A stretch of DNA of 64,000 bases from Candidatus Saccharimonadales bacterium. GTDB lineage: Bacteria; Patescibacteriota; Saccharimonadia; Saccharimonadales; DASZAF01. Shown here piece after piece: positions 19,146-28,734 of this stretch (position 1 is its first letter; the number at the start of each line of letters is the position of its first letter). The stretch spans positions 3,578 through 67,577 of the forward strand of contig DASZAF010000024.1 in the NCBI GenBank assembly GCA_035945435.1, written 5' to 3'. The notes beneath the pieces were generated by a model that was not told where the DNA came from, searched no databases, and was given only the letters and a program-made list of their open reading frames with translations. Made by a program: the position numbers and the translations under genes.

Positions 19146-19458
19146 CCACCTCTGTCTTAAACCGAGCTTTCAGTTTGGCTCTGGTGTATTCCGAGAGAGA
19201 CCCGAGGAAGAGCAGTACGGCTATGAGGAAGATGAGGAGACTCATCTGTCCAAAGATATTGACCACCAACAGATAGATGATAAAGGTTGCGGAGCCACCA
19301 ATAAGCAGTCTTTTCGAGGTGCTCATGCCACTATTATACGTCAGATTATCTGGGTTCATAAGATAGCACCCCATATCCTTGCCATTGGATCGATTTAGTG
19401 TAACAATCGCTATACGCAAAGTAACTCGGAGGTAGACATGGCAAGCAGCACAGGGCAT
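19138..19458 (-). CDS. small hypothetical membrane protein
   Basis: 106-aa ORF with two predicted TM helices. Overlaps the hydrolase gene. Confidence 0.35.
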   Translation of the reverse strand: MPCAACHVYLRVTLRIAIVTLNRSNGKDMGCYLMNPDNLTYNSGMSTSKRLLIGGSATFIIYLLVVNIFGQMSLLIFLIAVLLFLGSLSEYTRAKLKARFKTEVDE

Positions 19459-19806
19459 CTCGAACAGGGCTCAGGCCCAGATGGAGTAGCAGAGCGACCG
19501 ACAAACCCTGATAGGCAGAGACTCTTCCGGCGCCTCGGTTGGATGGCTACATCTGCGTTCATGTTGGCCTCTCTCTATACAGGGGCAATGATCGAAAAGT
19601 TCCGGTTCGCCAATCAGGTACTCGGCAGTGACCAAGTGAGCGGACAAGAGGTATCGTATCTTAAGCACGCCCAAGAGACAGCCTTCATCGGCGGTCTGGT
19701 AGGTGTAGCCATCGCCGGCCTCGCACTGACAGGCGCAGCTGTCGCATTCGTAAAATCCCGTCAACAACCCAGCCCATCACCTGAAGTGCCTGCAGCAACT
19801 TCCTAA
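19438..19806 (+). CDS. small hypothetical membrane protein
   Basis: 122-aa ORF with two hydrophobic segments. Convergent with pcrA. Confidence 0.35.
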   Translation: MASSTGHLEQGSGPDGVAERPTNPDRQRLFRRLGWMATSAFMLASLYTGAMIEKFRFANQVLGSDQVSGQEVSYLKHAQETAFIGGLVGVAIAGLALTGAAVAFVKSRQQPSPSPEVPAATS

Positions 19807-19812
19807 ACCTGT

Positions 19813-21981
19813 CTAGAGTCTCTCGAGAGGAGCAAAATGGACGTTCAGCTTCTTGACTCCCCTACCCCTGAAATCAATACTGATTGTCTCCCCATCGACG
19901 GCCACTATCTTGCCCGGGCCAAATAGCTGGTGGCTGACGGAATCGCCAATCTTGAGATCTATCTGTTCCTCAGGTTCTACTCTGGGTTCTTGAGATCCAA
20001 AGAGGAACGGCTCGGACGAGGCACCTGTAAAAGCCGAGCTGGTGAAGATCTCGCTGGGCACCACCGTTGCATCTGGACCGACGTCGGCCAGAAAACGAGA
20101 AGGGGGATTATGCTGGGTGGTGCCGTAGAGCATCCTCGAGGCGGCACTGATCAGATGGAGTTCTTCTCGCGCTCGTGTCATACCGACGTAACAGAGGCGC
20201 CGCTCTTCTTCCATCTCTTGGGCATCGAAGAGGGCTCGAGTATGAGGGAAGACACCCTCCTCCATACCAATCATGAAGACGACCGGGAACTCCAGCCCTT
20301 TGGCACTGTGAAGCGTCATGAGCATGACCGCGTCGGCGTTGTCCTCCACCCTATCCAGCTCTGAAATAAGGGCTACCTCCTCAAGAAAACCGGCCAGACC
20401 GACATCTTCGTACTCTTTTGCTACAGAGAGAAGCTCTTTGACGTTCTCAAGGCGCGTCTCTCCCTGAATCAACCCGTCGTTAAGATAGTCCTCGTAGCTG
20501 GTTCGTTTGATAACCGCCTCGATTAACGCTCCCAGCTTGGCCTCTTCGGCATACTCGTGGAGACGTTCAAGGAGTTCACCGAATTCTGCAAAGGCTTTCT
20601 TTGACCTTGCCTGCAGCGTCGGGCAGTCATCAACCTCTGTAAGGGCGGTAATGACAGTCATATCTGTCTGGGCCTGCCAGGCCAGGAACTTATCTACTGA
20701 AGTGGGTCCGAGGCCCCGTGAGGGTACGTTGACGATTCTCTGAAAGCTGGCCCTATCTGAGGGCTGGTAGATCAGCCTCAGATAAGCGACCAGGTCGCGT
20801 ATCTCCTTACGGTCGTAAAAGCGCAAACCCCCGACCATCCGATAGGGGACACCGGCCCGAATGAAGACCTCCTCAACTGCTCGGGACTGGGCATTGGTCC
20901 GGTAGAGGACGGCGAAGTCACCGTATCTGGAGATACGGGTCTCAACGGCCACTTTTACCCTGTTAGCGATTAACTCACCCTCGTGGCGCTCGTTAATGGC
21001 ATAGTCGATGTGGACCGGCTGGCCAGCACCTGCCTTGGTCCAGAGCTTCTTATCTGAGCGTTGTTCGTTCTTGGTAATGACCCTATGGGCTGCATCGAGA
21101 ATATGCTTGGTTGAGCGGTAGTTCTGCTCCAGCTTGATCACCGTCGTATTGGGGTAGTCACGCTCGAATTTTAGGATATTGCGAAAGTCGGCCCCACGCC
21201 AGGAGTAGATTGACTGCCAGTCATCCCCGACGACACAGAGGTTGTGGCTGTCGTTAACGAGTAGCCTGATCAGGTTGTACTGGGCACTGTTCGTATCCTG
21301 ATACTCGTCGATCATGATATAGCGGAAACGTTCCTGCCATCTGGTGCGTATCTCTTTAACCTCCTTAAAGAGTCGGACCGTTTCAAGCAAAAGATCGTCA
21401 AAATCAAGGGCTGAAGCGGTCTTGCGAATACGCTCATACACTGGGTAAACCTTGGCAGCCGACCTCTGTAGTGGCAGACTGGCAGTCTCTGCGTACTCAT
21501 CAGGACTGATCAGTTCGTTCTTAGCCGAGCTGATTAAAGAGGCGAGTGACCTGGGAGTGGTCGCCTTATCTGTAATCCCCACCTCTTTCATGGCCTGTTT
21601 GACAGCCGTCAGCCTGTCATCCTCATCGAATATGACGTAGTTTCGTGGGATATTGATCTGTTCCCCGTCCATCCGCAGAATTCTGACACAGATCGAGTGG
21701 AAGGTCCCCATATAAGACATAAAGGAACGCTCGGAGGCCAACCGTTCATTACCGATAAGGATAGCCAAGCGAGTCCGCATCTCTTTGGCCGCCTTATTGG
21801 TGAAGGTAACGGCCAGGATAGACTGGGGCGCTGTCTGTTTCTGAGCTATCAGATAGGCAATCCGATGAGTCAGGGTCTTGGTCTTACCTGAGCCCGCTCC
21901 GGCCAGGATAAGGACCGGCCCCTCGGTCTGAAGAACCGCTTTGGCCTGTTCTTCATTCAGCTGGTCTAGCAGTTGTTGCAC
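19813..21981 (-). CDS. pcrA: ATP-dependent DNA helicase PcrA/UvrD (SF1)
   Basis: 722-aa ORF. Walker A GAGSGKT, DEYQDTN, and motifs through VTLMTLHSAKGLEF. Confidence 0.9.
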   Translation of the reverse strand: MQQLLDQLNEEQAKAVLQTEGPVLILAGAGSGKTKTLTHRIAYLIAQKQTAPQSILAVTFTNKAAKEMRTRLAILIGNERLASERSFMSYMGTFHSICVRILRMDGEQINIPRNYVIFDEDDRLTAVKQAMKEVGITDKATTPRSLASLISSAKNELISPDEYAETASLPLQRSAAKVYPVYERIRKTASALDFDDLLLETVRLFKEVKEIRTRWQERFRYIMIDEYQDTNSAQYNLIRLLVNDSHNLCVVGDDWQSIYSWRGADFRNILKFERDYPNTTVIKLEQNYRSTKHILDAAHRVITKNEQRSDKKLWTKAGAGQPVHIDYAINERHEGELIANRVKVAVETRISRYGDFAVLYRTNAQSRAVEEVFIRAGVPYRMVGGLRFYDRKEIRDLVAYLRLIYQPSDRASFQRIVNVPSRGLGPTSVDKFLAWQAQTDMTVITALTEVDDCPTLQARSKKAFAEFGELLERLHEYAEEAKLGALIEAVIKRTSYEDYLNDGLIQGETRLENVKELLSVAKEYEDVGLAGFLEEVALISELDRVEDNADAVMLMTLHSAKGLEFPVVFMIGMEEGVFPHTRALFDAQEMEEERRLCYVGMTRAREELHLISAASRMLYGTTQHNPPSRFLADVGPDATVVPSEIFTSSAFTGASSEPFLFGSQEPRVEPEEQIDLKIGDSVSHQLFGPGKIVAVDGETISIDFRGRGVKKLNVHFAPLERL

Positions 21982-22022
21982 GAGAAGATTGTATCAGACT
22001 CCAACCAATCAGGTGGTCAGTC

Positions 22023-23069
22023 TTACTTCTTTACGTAGGCTAGATAGTAGTAGACACCGAGAGCAATGACCGCCAGACAGATAATAATGATCAGAACCCA
22101 TTTGAGCGGAGATGACTGCTGCTTCGGTTTGCCGCTTGGAGCAGTACTGAGCGGTGTGTGATACTGCTTGGTGTCAAAGAGGTCAACAGAGTGATCGGCC
22201 TCTTCTCGGGGAACCTGCGGTGTACTTGGGCTAGCCATCGAATGGGGGCCCTCTGGGAGCAACCTGTCGGGTTCGTCGAGAGGTTCAGAGCCAGTCTCGT
22301 TCTTGGATGGTTCGTGCAACGGCTTGGCTTCGGCTTTAACCTCTTCTTCTCTCTCTTCAATCTCGGTAGCAGTTGGTAGGTCTACCTCTGGGGCGGGTGC
22401 AGTTGACAACTTGTCAGCGGCCTCTGTCTCATCGGTTTCAAAAGCCTTCTTCTCTTTACCAAGATCCTCAGCAAGTGCATCAGAGATAGCTCCTTCACGC
22501 ATTGCATCGGTAGGTGGTTTGGCGGGTTCACTAACAGGTTTGTCTTCTTCCTCGGGCGGCTCTATGCGGGCCAGTACTTTATGCCCTTCGTCGTGGTCAC
22601 CGTGCCCAAACAGGGAAGACAGGTGAGGGCGCTGGTCGTGGTGAGCAACTTCTACCTTTTCAGATCTGCTAGCCGGACGCTCATCCTCACTGACTCGGCT
22701 GGATAACGAAGATGGCTTGAGAGTCCTGCCAGTCCGAGGTGGTAGCGGTCGAGGAGGTGCGATATCGTGGATGATATCATCTCGGTAGTTAAGCGAGCGC
22801 CGAGGTTCCAGATGGATAGGGGGTGCTGAATGGTGCCCTTGAGGTTTCGGGAGAACAGACACGGCTGGTCTGTTAGGTGCATCAGCTACCACCTCTTTCT
22901 CAGGTACGGGGGTCTGCTCAAGTTGAGAACTACCATCTGTTAGAGCGGGTACCTGAGAAGGACCACGCTTGCGTTTCTGCATATAGCCACTCACCGCTTT
23001 ATCTAATTCGTCAAAGTCTAAATCGCTGGCCACGTCTTTACCCTTTCTCCTATGATTCACCGACCGCAA
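22023..23069 (-). CDS. hypothetical Pro/Glu-rich, low-complexity tail-anchored membrane protein
   Basis: 348-aa ORF, largely disordered-looking, with a single C-terminal TM (WVLIIIICLAVIALGVYYYLAY). Overlaps the tpiA start. Confidence 0.45.
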   Translation of the reverse strand: MRSVNHRRKGKDVASDLDFDELDKAVSGYMQKRKRGPSQVPALTDGSSQLEQTPVPEKEVVADAPNRPAVSVLPKPQGHHSAPPIHLEPRRSLNYRDDIIHDIAPPRPLPPRTGRTLKPSSLSSRVSEDERPASRSEKVEVAHHDQRPHLSSLFGHGDHDEGHKVLARIEPPEEEDKPVSEPAKPPTDAMREGAISDALAEDLGKEKKAFETDETEAADKLSTAPAPEVDLPTATEIEEREEEVKAEAKPLHEPSKNETGSEPLDEPDRLLPEGPHSMASPSTPQVPREEADHSVDLFDTKQYHTPLSTAPSGKPKQQSSPLKWVLIIIICLAVIALGVYYYLAYVKK

Positions 23070-23820
23070 GGTGGGTCTTCTCTACTATCTGTGCGAAACT
23101 GTTGTAGTTGAGGCTAGCTCCTCCGACGAGGGCCCCATCTATACTCTCTCTGGCCACATAGGCTACGATATCATCTGGTGTCACGCTGCCCCCATAGAGA
23201 ATTCTGACCATCAGTGAGGCAGGGGCACCGTAAAGTGACTTGATCTGAGATCGTATCACATCGATTGCCTCAACAGCATCATCCGGGCTGTCTTCTTTAC
23301 CGGTACCGATCGCCCAGACTGGTTCGTAGGCGATGACGATCTCTTTAATCTCATTACGGGTCAGGTGCATCACCCCTGTCGTTATCTGATCGTGCAGAAC
23401 CGCCTTCATCTCGCCGTCCCTGCGTTCTTCGCCCGTCTCACCGACACAGAGAATCGGCGTCAGACCGTTTCTAACAGCGGCAGCTACCTTCAAAGCGATC
23501 TCTTTATCCGTCTCGCCAAATACATGACGGCGCTCAGAGTGGCCGACGATCACATACTTGACCAGGCCGCGAAGCATGGTGGCCGAGGTGGCCCCCGTAT
23601 AAGCGCCCTCGTCTCGATGATAGCAGTCCTGGGCCCCCAATTTAAACTTATGGTTGTCTATCTGCAAGGAGAGCGATTGGAGGGCGATGAAATTGGGACA
23701 GAGAACGACTTCGACATTCGTGAAGGTCGGGACCCGCTCCTGAAGACGGTGCAGAAAAATGCTGGCCTTGCCAACATCAAAGTGCATCTTCCAGTTCGCG
23801 ACAATCAGTTTCTTGGACAT
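23050..23820 (-). CDS. tpiA: triosephosphate isomerase
   Basis: VANWKMH, catalytic-region GHSERR, and AYEPVWAIGTG motifs. Start chosen at MSKKLIV (Met 4 of the ORF-track ORF). Confidence 0.9.
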   Translation of the reverse strand: MSKKLIVANWKMHFDVGKASIFLHRLQERVPTFTNVEVVLCPNFIALQSLSLQIDNHKFKLGAQDCYHRDEGAYTGATSATMLRGLVKYVIVGHSERRHVFGETDKEIALKVAAAVRNGLTPILCVGETGEERRDGEMKAVLHDQITTGVMHLTRNEIKEIVIAYEPVWAIGTGKEDSPDDAVEAIDVIRSQIKSLYGAPASLMVRILYGGSVTPDDIVAYVARESIDGALVGGASLNYNSFAQIVEKTHLAVGES

Positions 23821-23901
23821 ACCCACCAATGAACTTACGCTTCTTTGTCTTAATCCTACTATGTTTTAACGGGCTTGACCAGACGCTTCAGCCGATGAGA
23901 G

Positions 23902-25176
23902 CTAGCGGTCCATCAATGCCTCTACCCCTGGGAGCTTCTTCCCTTCCATCAGCTCCAGGCTGGCTCCACCTCCGGTCGATATATGATAGAAAAAGGCGGC
24001 CGGATCGTGATGATGAGCGGTTGCCCAGCCAAGAACAAAGTCAGCCGTATCACCTCCGCAGATCAAGGTGTCAACTTGCTGGCGTCGAGAAGCCAACGTC
24101 GCAGCGACCGCGTTAGAGCTGTCAGCAAACTGAGGCAGTTCGGCGTAACCGAGCGTGCCGTTCCAGATGACAGCCCTCGAGGACTCTATGGCGGCCACGA
24201 TCTGCCGGGCAGTATGCTCGCCGACGTCAAGGATCTTATCGTTGGGCGTAACGTTATCGAGACTGACCTCTTTTCTGACTGCATGCGGCTCAATCTCTGG
24301 AGCTACGGCGACATCACGGGGGAGGATGAGATGGGTTGAGCAATCAGGACACGACTCGCACTGACAGGCGTTATTCTGACGGCACCACTTCTTACAGAGT
24401 TTGTGCATCAGGGTTGCCACCGCATCCCCGCCATCCTCATCATAGAAACTCGTACCTATCTCGTTGCCGTTATAGAACTTGAGGAAGGTGTTAGCGATCG
24501 CCCCACCGATGACCATGATGTCGGCAACATCGATCATATTACCGATCAGATCTATCTTATCAGCCACCTTAGCGCCACCCATAATGACCGTCAGCGGGCG
24601 CTTCGGCTGATCGAGGGCTGAGCGGATGGAGACATATTCCTTCTCAACAAGCGGTCCGGCGACACTCGGCAGGCGGTGGGTAATGGCAACGGTCGAAGCA
24701 TTGGTCCGGTGGACAACCCCGAAGCCGTCCTGGACGAAATATCTGGCCCCGCTATCGTGAGCCAGCCTTGTTGCGAAAGCGAGATCGTTCTTCTCTTCGC
24801 CCTCGTGGAATCGCAGGTTCTCGAGTAGAATGACATCACCTGGGTTCATCTTAGCGACAGCCGAGACGACCTGGTCCCCTACACATTCGGGTACGAACTT
24901 AACTTCCTGGCCAAGTAGCTTGGTCAGCTCAACGGCAACCGGCGCGAGGCTCATCGAGGGAACGGTCTTGCCCTCAGGTCTTCCAAGATGTGAACAGATA
25001 ACGATCTTTGTTTTCAGGGCAAGGAGCGCCTTGATGGTTGGGATTGACTGGGTAATGCGATAGCTGTCATGGACCTGGCCGTTTGCGGCGACAGGTACGT
25101 TATAGTCGGCTCGAAGAAGAATCGGCATGCCGGTCAAGGGGATATCTTTTATCGTACGCTTAGGAAAGTCTGTCAT
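23902..25176 (-). CDS. pgk: phosphoglycerate kinase with an atypical Cys-rich insertion
   Basis: 424-aa ORF. LLRADYNVP, CSHLGRP, and MGGAKVADKI motifs. Segment KLCKKWCRQNNACQCESCPDCS replaces the usual interdomain helix region. Confidence 0.9.
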   Translation of the reverse strand: MTDFPKRTIKDIPLTGMPILLRADYNVPVAANGQVHDSYRITQSIPTIKALLALKTKIVICSHLGRPEGKTVPSMSLAPVAVELTKLLGQEVKFVPECVGDQVVSAVAKMNPGDVILLENLRFHEGEEKNDLAFATRLAHDSGARYFVQDGFGVVHRTNASTVAITHRLPSVAGPLVEKEYVSIRSALDQPKRPLTVIMGGAKVADKIDLIGNMIDVADIMVIGGAIANTFLKFYNGNEIGTSFYDEDGGDAVATLMHKLCKKWCRQNNACQCESCPDCSTHLILPRDVAVAPEIEPHAVRKEVSLDNVTPNDKILDVGEHTARQIVAAIESSRAVIWNGTLGYAELPQFADSSNAVAATLASRRQQVDTLICGGDTADFVLGWATAHHHDPAAFFYHISTGGGASLELMEGKKLPGVEALMDR

Positions 25177-25335
25177 AGCGCACTTCCATTAAAGCATAAG
25201 CGTTCGTTAGCCAAAAGGATTTCCGACTCGAGTTGTGGGTCTTATCACACGAACAGAGGTGAGACAGGTGCGCTTTTCACAAGCTTCGTGTAGAATACAT
25301 AAGCAGTAAGAAGTAGGGAGTTAATCGTAGTCTAG

Positions 25336-28300
25336 ATGACGGCACGCTTACCCGTACCCGGAGGTGACAGCGGTAATTGGGGTGCTATCCTCAACGACTT
25401 TCTTGAGGTTTCCCTCAACTCTGACGGCACTCTTTTGCCGACCGCCCTACAGACAGCTGGAGTCGTTCTCTCTAGTGGTACGCCGAGTGGAGATCTCGCA
25501 GGCACTTACGCTGCCCCGTCGGTCGCCAAACTAAGTGGTGTCAGTATCAGTGGCACTCCTTCTGCCGGTCAAAGCCTCGTGGCCACCTCCAATAGCGCAG
25601 CGACATGGAGCAGTGTCTCGGCGGGATCGACCGACTGGATCAATGTCAAACTGTACGGCGCCAAAGGCGACGGCAGTACCGACGATACAACCTCGATCCA
25701 GAACGCCATCAATGCCGCGACTGCCGGTCAGGTTGTCTACTTTCCCCAGGGAATCTATGTGACTTCCAAGCCTCTCGTTCTTCAAAAAGCCGTTGTACTT
25801 ATGGGGACACGGGGCAGCACCGCCTCCGGTTATGATGCCAGCATCGATGCGGGCAGTATCATCAAGCCTTCTGCCGGTTGGACCAACCCGACCTATTCAG
25901 CCTACGCCTCAGCCGCTATCCTGATGCTCGATCAGACACCTGGCACAGGTGGGGCAACTCCTGGCATTGCCCTCCGAGATATCTGGGTTGACGGTACCAA
26001 CTCCCCCGCTAGCGTCGACGGTATTGCCTCGTTTGGCCAGCTCCAATCGGTCAGACTCGACGCAGTCGGCGTCTACAAAGCGACCGGTAGAGGTATCGCT
26101 CTCTACCAAGACAACGGTATTTCGCCCGACGGCTGGCATATGAATAACTGCCTGGCCCAAAACTGTGGCAGTGATGGTTTCTACGGCTACTTTATCGACA
26201 CGGTCGCTGTCGACTGCCACGCCCAGTCGTGCGGTGGAGACGGCATAGTTTCGAAGGGCAGCAATAACAGATGGATCAGCTGCAGGGCCGACCTCAATAC
26301 AAACGGCTACACCGTCGATAACCCCGGTGGAGGTGGTTATGAAGATTCTAATATATTCGTCGGCTGTGGTACCCAGAGGAACCAACACAATGGTATGAAT
26401 ATCACCAACTCATCCGTCGGTGGCAACGCCAAGCGTTCACCAGTTATAGTGAGCGGCTGCATATTCAGCGAAGATGGTGTTAACGGCGGATCCGGCGGAG
26501 GTGGTTACGCGGGCATATCCGTAACGGGCAATAACATCGTCGTTATCGATGGCTCCAGCGTTACCGTGGGTACTGTTGACGTAGTTGGTGGTTGTCCACA
26601 GTACGGTCTGGCAACCGCAGCTGGTGGGGGTGTGGGCGGTACGCCAAGTATCACTATGAACACCGGCATGCTCAACTACGCCTCAGGTGGTTCGGCTATC
26701 AATGACGCTGCGCCCTCGAACTATCTGGGGATTGGTCCGAGCGTCATAACGGTCAGCGGCTACCAGCCGAGCGCCTCTGCGATCTCAGCTCCCTATCTCG
26801 CCAATATCTCGGGCCAGAGTCTGACGATTCAAGGTACTACGAGCAGCGTTCGAGGCGGGCTCATGCAGATAACGCAGCTGCAGTCCGGCCCAACACAACC
26901 TGGCATCAACTTGACTGGTCAGGCTGTCAATGATGGCCTCCTAGCCACTATTGTTAGCGGTGATACCAACTCACGTGTCCGCTTTAACGCTGACGGCAGT
27001 CTGACGTGGGGTAGTGGTTCGGCCAATGGAGACACGAAGATCCAGCGTATCGGTAACGGCCAACTCCAGATGACTGATGGAGGAGCCGGTTACTCACCTC
27101 AACTTAAGATAGCGGCGTCGACTTCCAACGCCACTTCGCCTCTCTTGCAGATACAGAATAACACCGCTGGCGATCTCGCCTACAACGTCCAGGTTTCAGG
27201 TGACTCAAGCAGTCGATATAGGGTTGACTCCAACGGTGAGATGAAATGGGGACCGGGTAACGCCACTCAGGATACGGACTTGTACAGGTCGGCTTTAGGC
27301 ACCTTGAAAACCGATACAGCTTTTGTTGTCGGGACTTCGCTGACAGCTGGCTCCGTAGCAATCTCAGAGGGTGCCTCAGGCGGAGACGTTCTCAAGATCA
27401 CCAATACTACTTCGGGACCAACTGACTCCAACGTCAAGATCGTCAGCGCCGCTAGCGGTGACAATGCCTTCGGCGCCAACGTCAGCGGGGATACCAATAA
27501 CCGTTTCAAAATAGACTCGACTGGCAAGATGCAGTGGGGCACCGGCAGCGCTAATCAGGATACCGACTTGTATCGAAACGGCAGCGCATTACTCCAGACC
27601 GACGGCGCATTTACAGTCGGCACGTTACTAACAGCGGGCCAGGTAGCAATCTCGGAAGGAGCGGCGTCTAGCGCTGTTCTTAGGGTTACGAATACGACCT
27701 CCGGACCAACCATACCCGTTACTCAGATAGTCGCAGCCGCTTCGGGCGACAACTCCGTAGGCATCGAGGTAAGCGGCGATACGAATAATCGCTTTAAGAT
27801 CGACTCGACCGGCAAGATCCAGTGGGGTTCCGGTAGTGCTAATCAGGATACCGATCTGTATCGAGCCTCTGCAGGAGTACTGCAGACAGATAACAGCCTG
27901 ACAGTCAGTGGCACTACGACCTCTCAGGTGGTGACGTCCTCGGGCCTAACGGGTGCTGTCAGCCCGTCGAGATACGTCGGAGCGACGGCTTCAGGCCATC
28001 CAACCTCCGGGACATTTAATACCGGGGATTTTGTGGTTGACCAGACCGGCACCTTCTGGATATGTACAAACGGCGGCACTCCCGGCACATGGAGCTCATC
28101 GACAGCTGGGGGCACTATAGATACAACTGCTACGGATATACAGCCTGATGGGACACAGGCGGCAGGTTCAATCGGCAAGGCGGCCGACGCCGGCCATATT
28201 CATCCGACTCTTTACGGTGTTAAGCCGACAGTTGCATTGGCCCAAACCATCCCTAGATGGGCCGCCACTGGAACCGGTTCTGCAGGCACATCCGGCACGC

Positions 28301-28731
28301 TCTACGTGACAAGTATTAACATCATGTCCGGTGTGACAATCAACAATATCTCACTGGCCACAGACACGACTACAGCCTCTGGAGTTACTCATGGTTGGTA
28401 CGTTCTTCTCGACAATAACTTAGTGGTACGAGCAGTCACCGCCGATCAGACGGGTGGAAACTGGGGGACGGCGAGTACTTTTGTCACCTTGGCTACAACC
28501 GCCAGCTACACGACTACCTATACTGGGCAATACTACGTAGGTGTCATGGTTGCCGCAACGACTATGCCAACATTTTGCGCCGGATCCACTATTCGAAACC
28601 CCGTCTACAACCTCACTCCGATCTACAGTGGATCCTCGAGTTCTGGACAGACCACACCCCCGTCGACCGGCACAACCATGGCCAGTCTAGTTGGTGGTGG
28701 TAACCGCAACTATTACGCCTACCTGAGCTGA
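25336..28731 (+). CDS. large right-handed beta-helix protein (pectate-lyase superfamily/tailspike-like N-region) with C-terminal ~96-aa tandem repeats
   Basis: 1131-aa ORF. WINVKLYGAKGDGSTDDTTSIQNAINAA matches the Pectate_lyase_3-type motif. Gly/Asn-rich beta-helix-like middle; four tandem units (VSGDTNNRFKIDSTGK.QWG.GSANQDTDLYR...). N-terminal 45 aa shared with ORF 56989..59553. Confidence 0.8.
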   Translation: MTARLPVPGGDSGNWGAILNDFLEVSLNSDGTLLPTALQTAGVVLSSGTPSGDLAGTYAAPSVAKLSGVSISGTPSAGQSLVATSNSAATWSSVSAGSTDWINVKLYGAKGDGSTDDTTSIQNAINAATAGQVVYFPQGIYVTSKPLVLQKAVVLMGTRGSTASGYDASIDAGSIIKPSAGWTNPTYSAYASAAILMLDQTPGTGGATPGIALRDIWVDGTNSPASVDGIASFGQLQSVRLDAVGVYKATGRGIALYQDNGISPDGWHMNNCLAQNCGSDGFYGYFIDTVAVDCHAQSCGGDGIVSKGSNNRWISCRADLNTNGYTVDNPGGGGYEDSNIFVGCGTQRNQHNGMNITNSSVGGNAKRSPVIVSGCIFSEDGVNGGSGGGGYAGISVTGNNIVVIDGSSVTVGTVDVVGGCPQYGLATAAGGGVGGTPSITMNTGMLNYASGGSAINDAAPSNYLGIGPSVITVSGYQPSASAISAPYLANISGQSLTIQGTTSSVRGGLMQITQLQSGPTQPGINLTGQAVNDGLLATIVSGDTNSRVRFNADGSLTWGSGSANGDTKIQRIGNGQLQMTDGGAGYSPQLKIAASTSNATSPLLQIQNNTAGDLAYNVQVSGDSSSRYRVDSNGEMKWGPGNATQDTDLYRSALGTLKTDTAFVVGTSLTAGSVAISEGASGGDVLKITNTTSGPTDSNVKIVSAASGDNAFGANVSGDTNNRFKIDSTGKMQWGTGSANQDTDLYRNGSALLQTDGAFTVGTLLTAGQVAISEGAASSAVLRVTNTTSGPTIPVTQIVAAASGDNSVGIEVSGDTNNRFKIDSTGKIQWGSGSANQDTDLYRASAGVLQTDNSLTVSGTTTSQVVTSSGLTGAVSPSRYVGATASGHPTSGTFNTGDFVVDQTGTFWICTNGGTPGTWSSSTAGGTIDTTATDIQPDGTQAAGSIGKAADAGHIHPTLYGVKPTVALAQTIPRWAATGTGSAGTSGTLYVTSINIMSGVTINNISLATDTTTASGVTHGWYVLLDNNLVVRAVTADQTGGNWGTASTFVTLATTASYTTTYTGQYYVGVMVAATTMPTFCAGSTIRNPVYNLTPIYSGSSSSGQTTPPSTGTTMASLVGGGNRNYYAYLS
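26953..28060 (+). repeat. intragenic tandem repeat array (one ~240-bp plus three ~288-bp units) inside CDS 25336..28731
   Basis: Units start in-frame at 26953, 27193, 27481 and 27769. Units 3 and 4 are ~85% identical at DNA level by eye. Confidence 0.75.
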
Positions 28732-28734
28732 TAG

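Noticed and set aside
25531-25785. Numerous antisense or alternative-frame ORFs inside the giant genes (e.g. 25531..25785, 27267..27542, 50775..51128, 52035..52751)
   Set aside because: These are shadow ORFs in GC- and repeat-rich coding sequence; each is fully contained in a longer motif-supported CDS.
25336-28731. Diversity-generating retroelement targeting the variable C-termini of the beta-helix paralogs
   Set aside because: No reverse transcriptase gene and no template-repeat/variable-repeat pair were found in the window; the variable regions are unrelated rather than A-to-N mutated.
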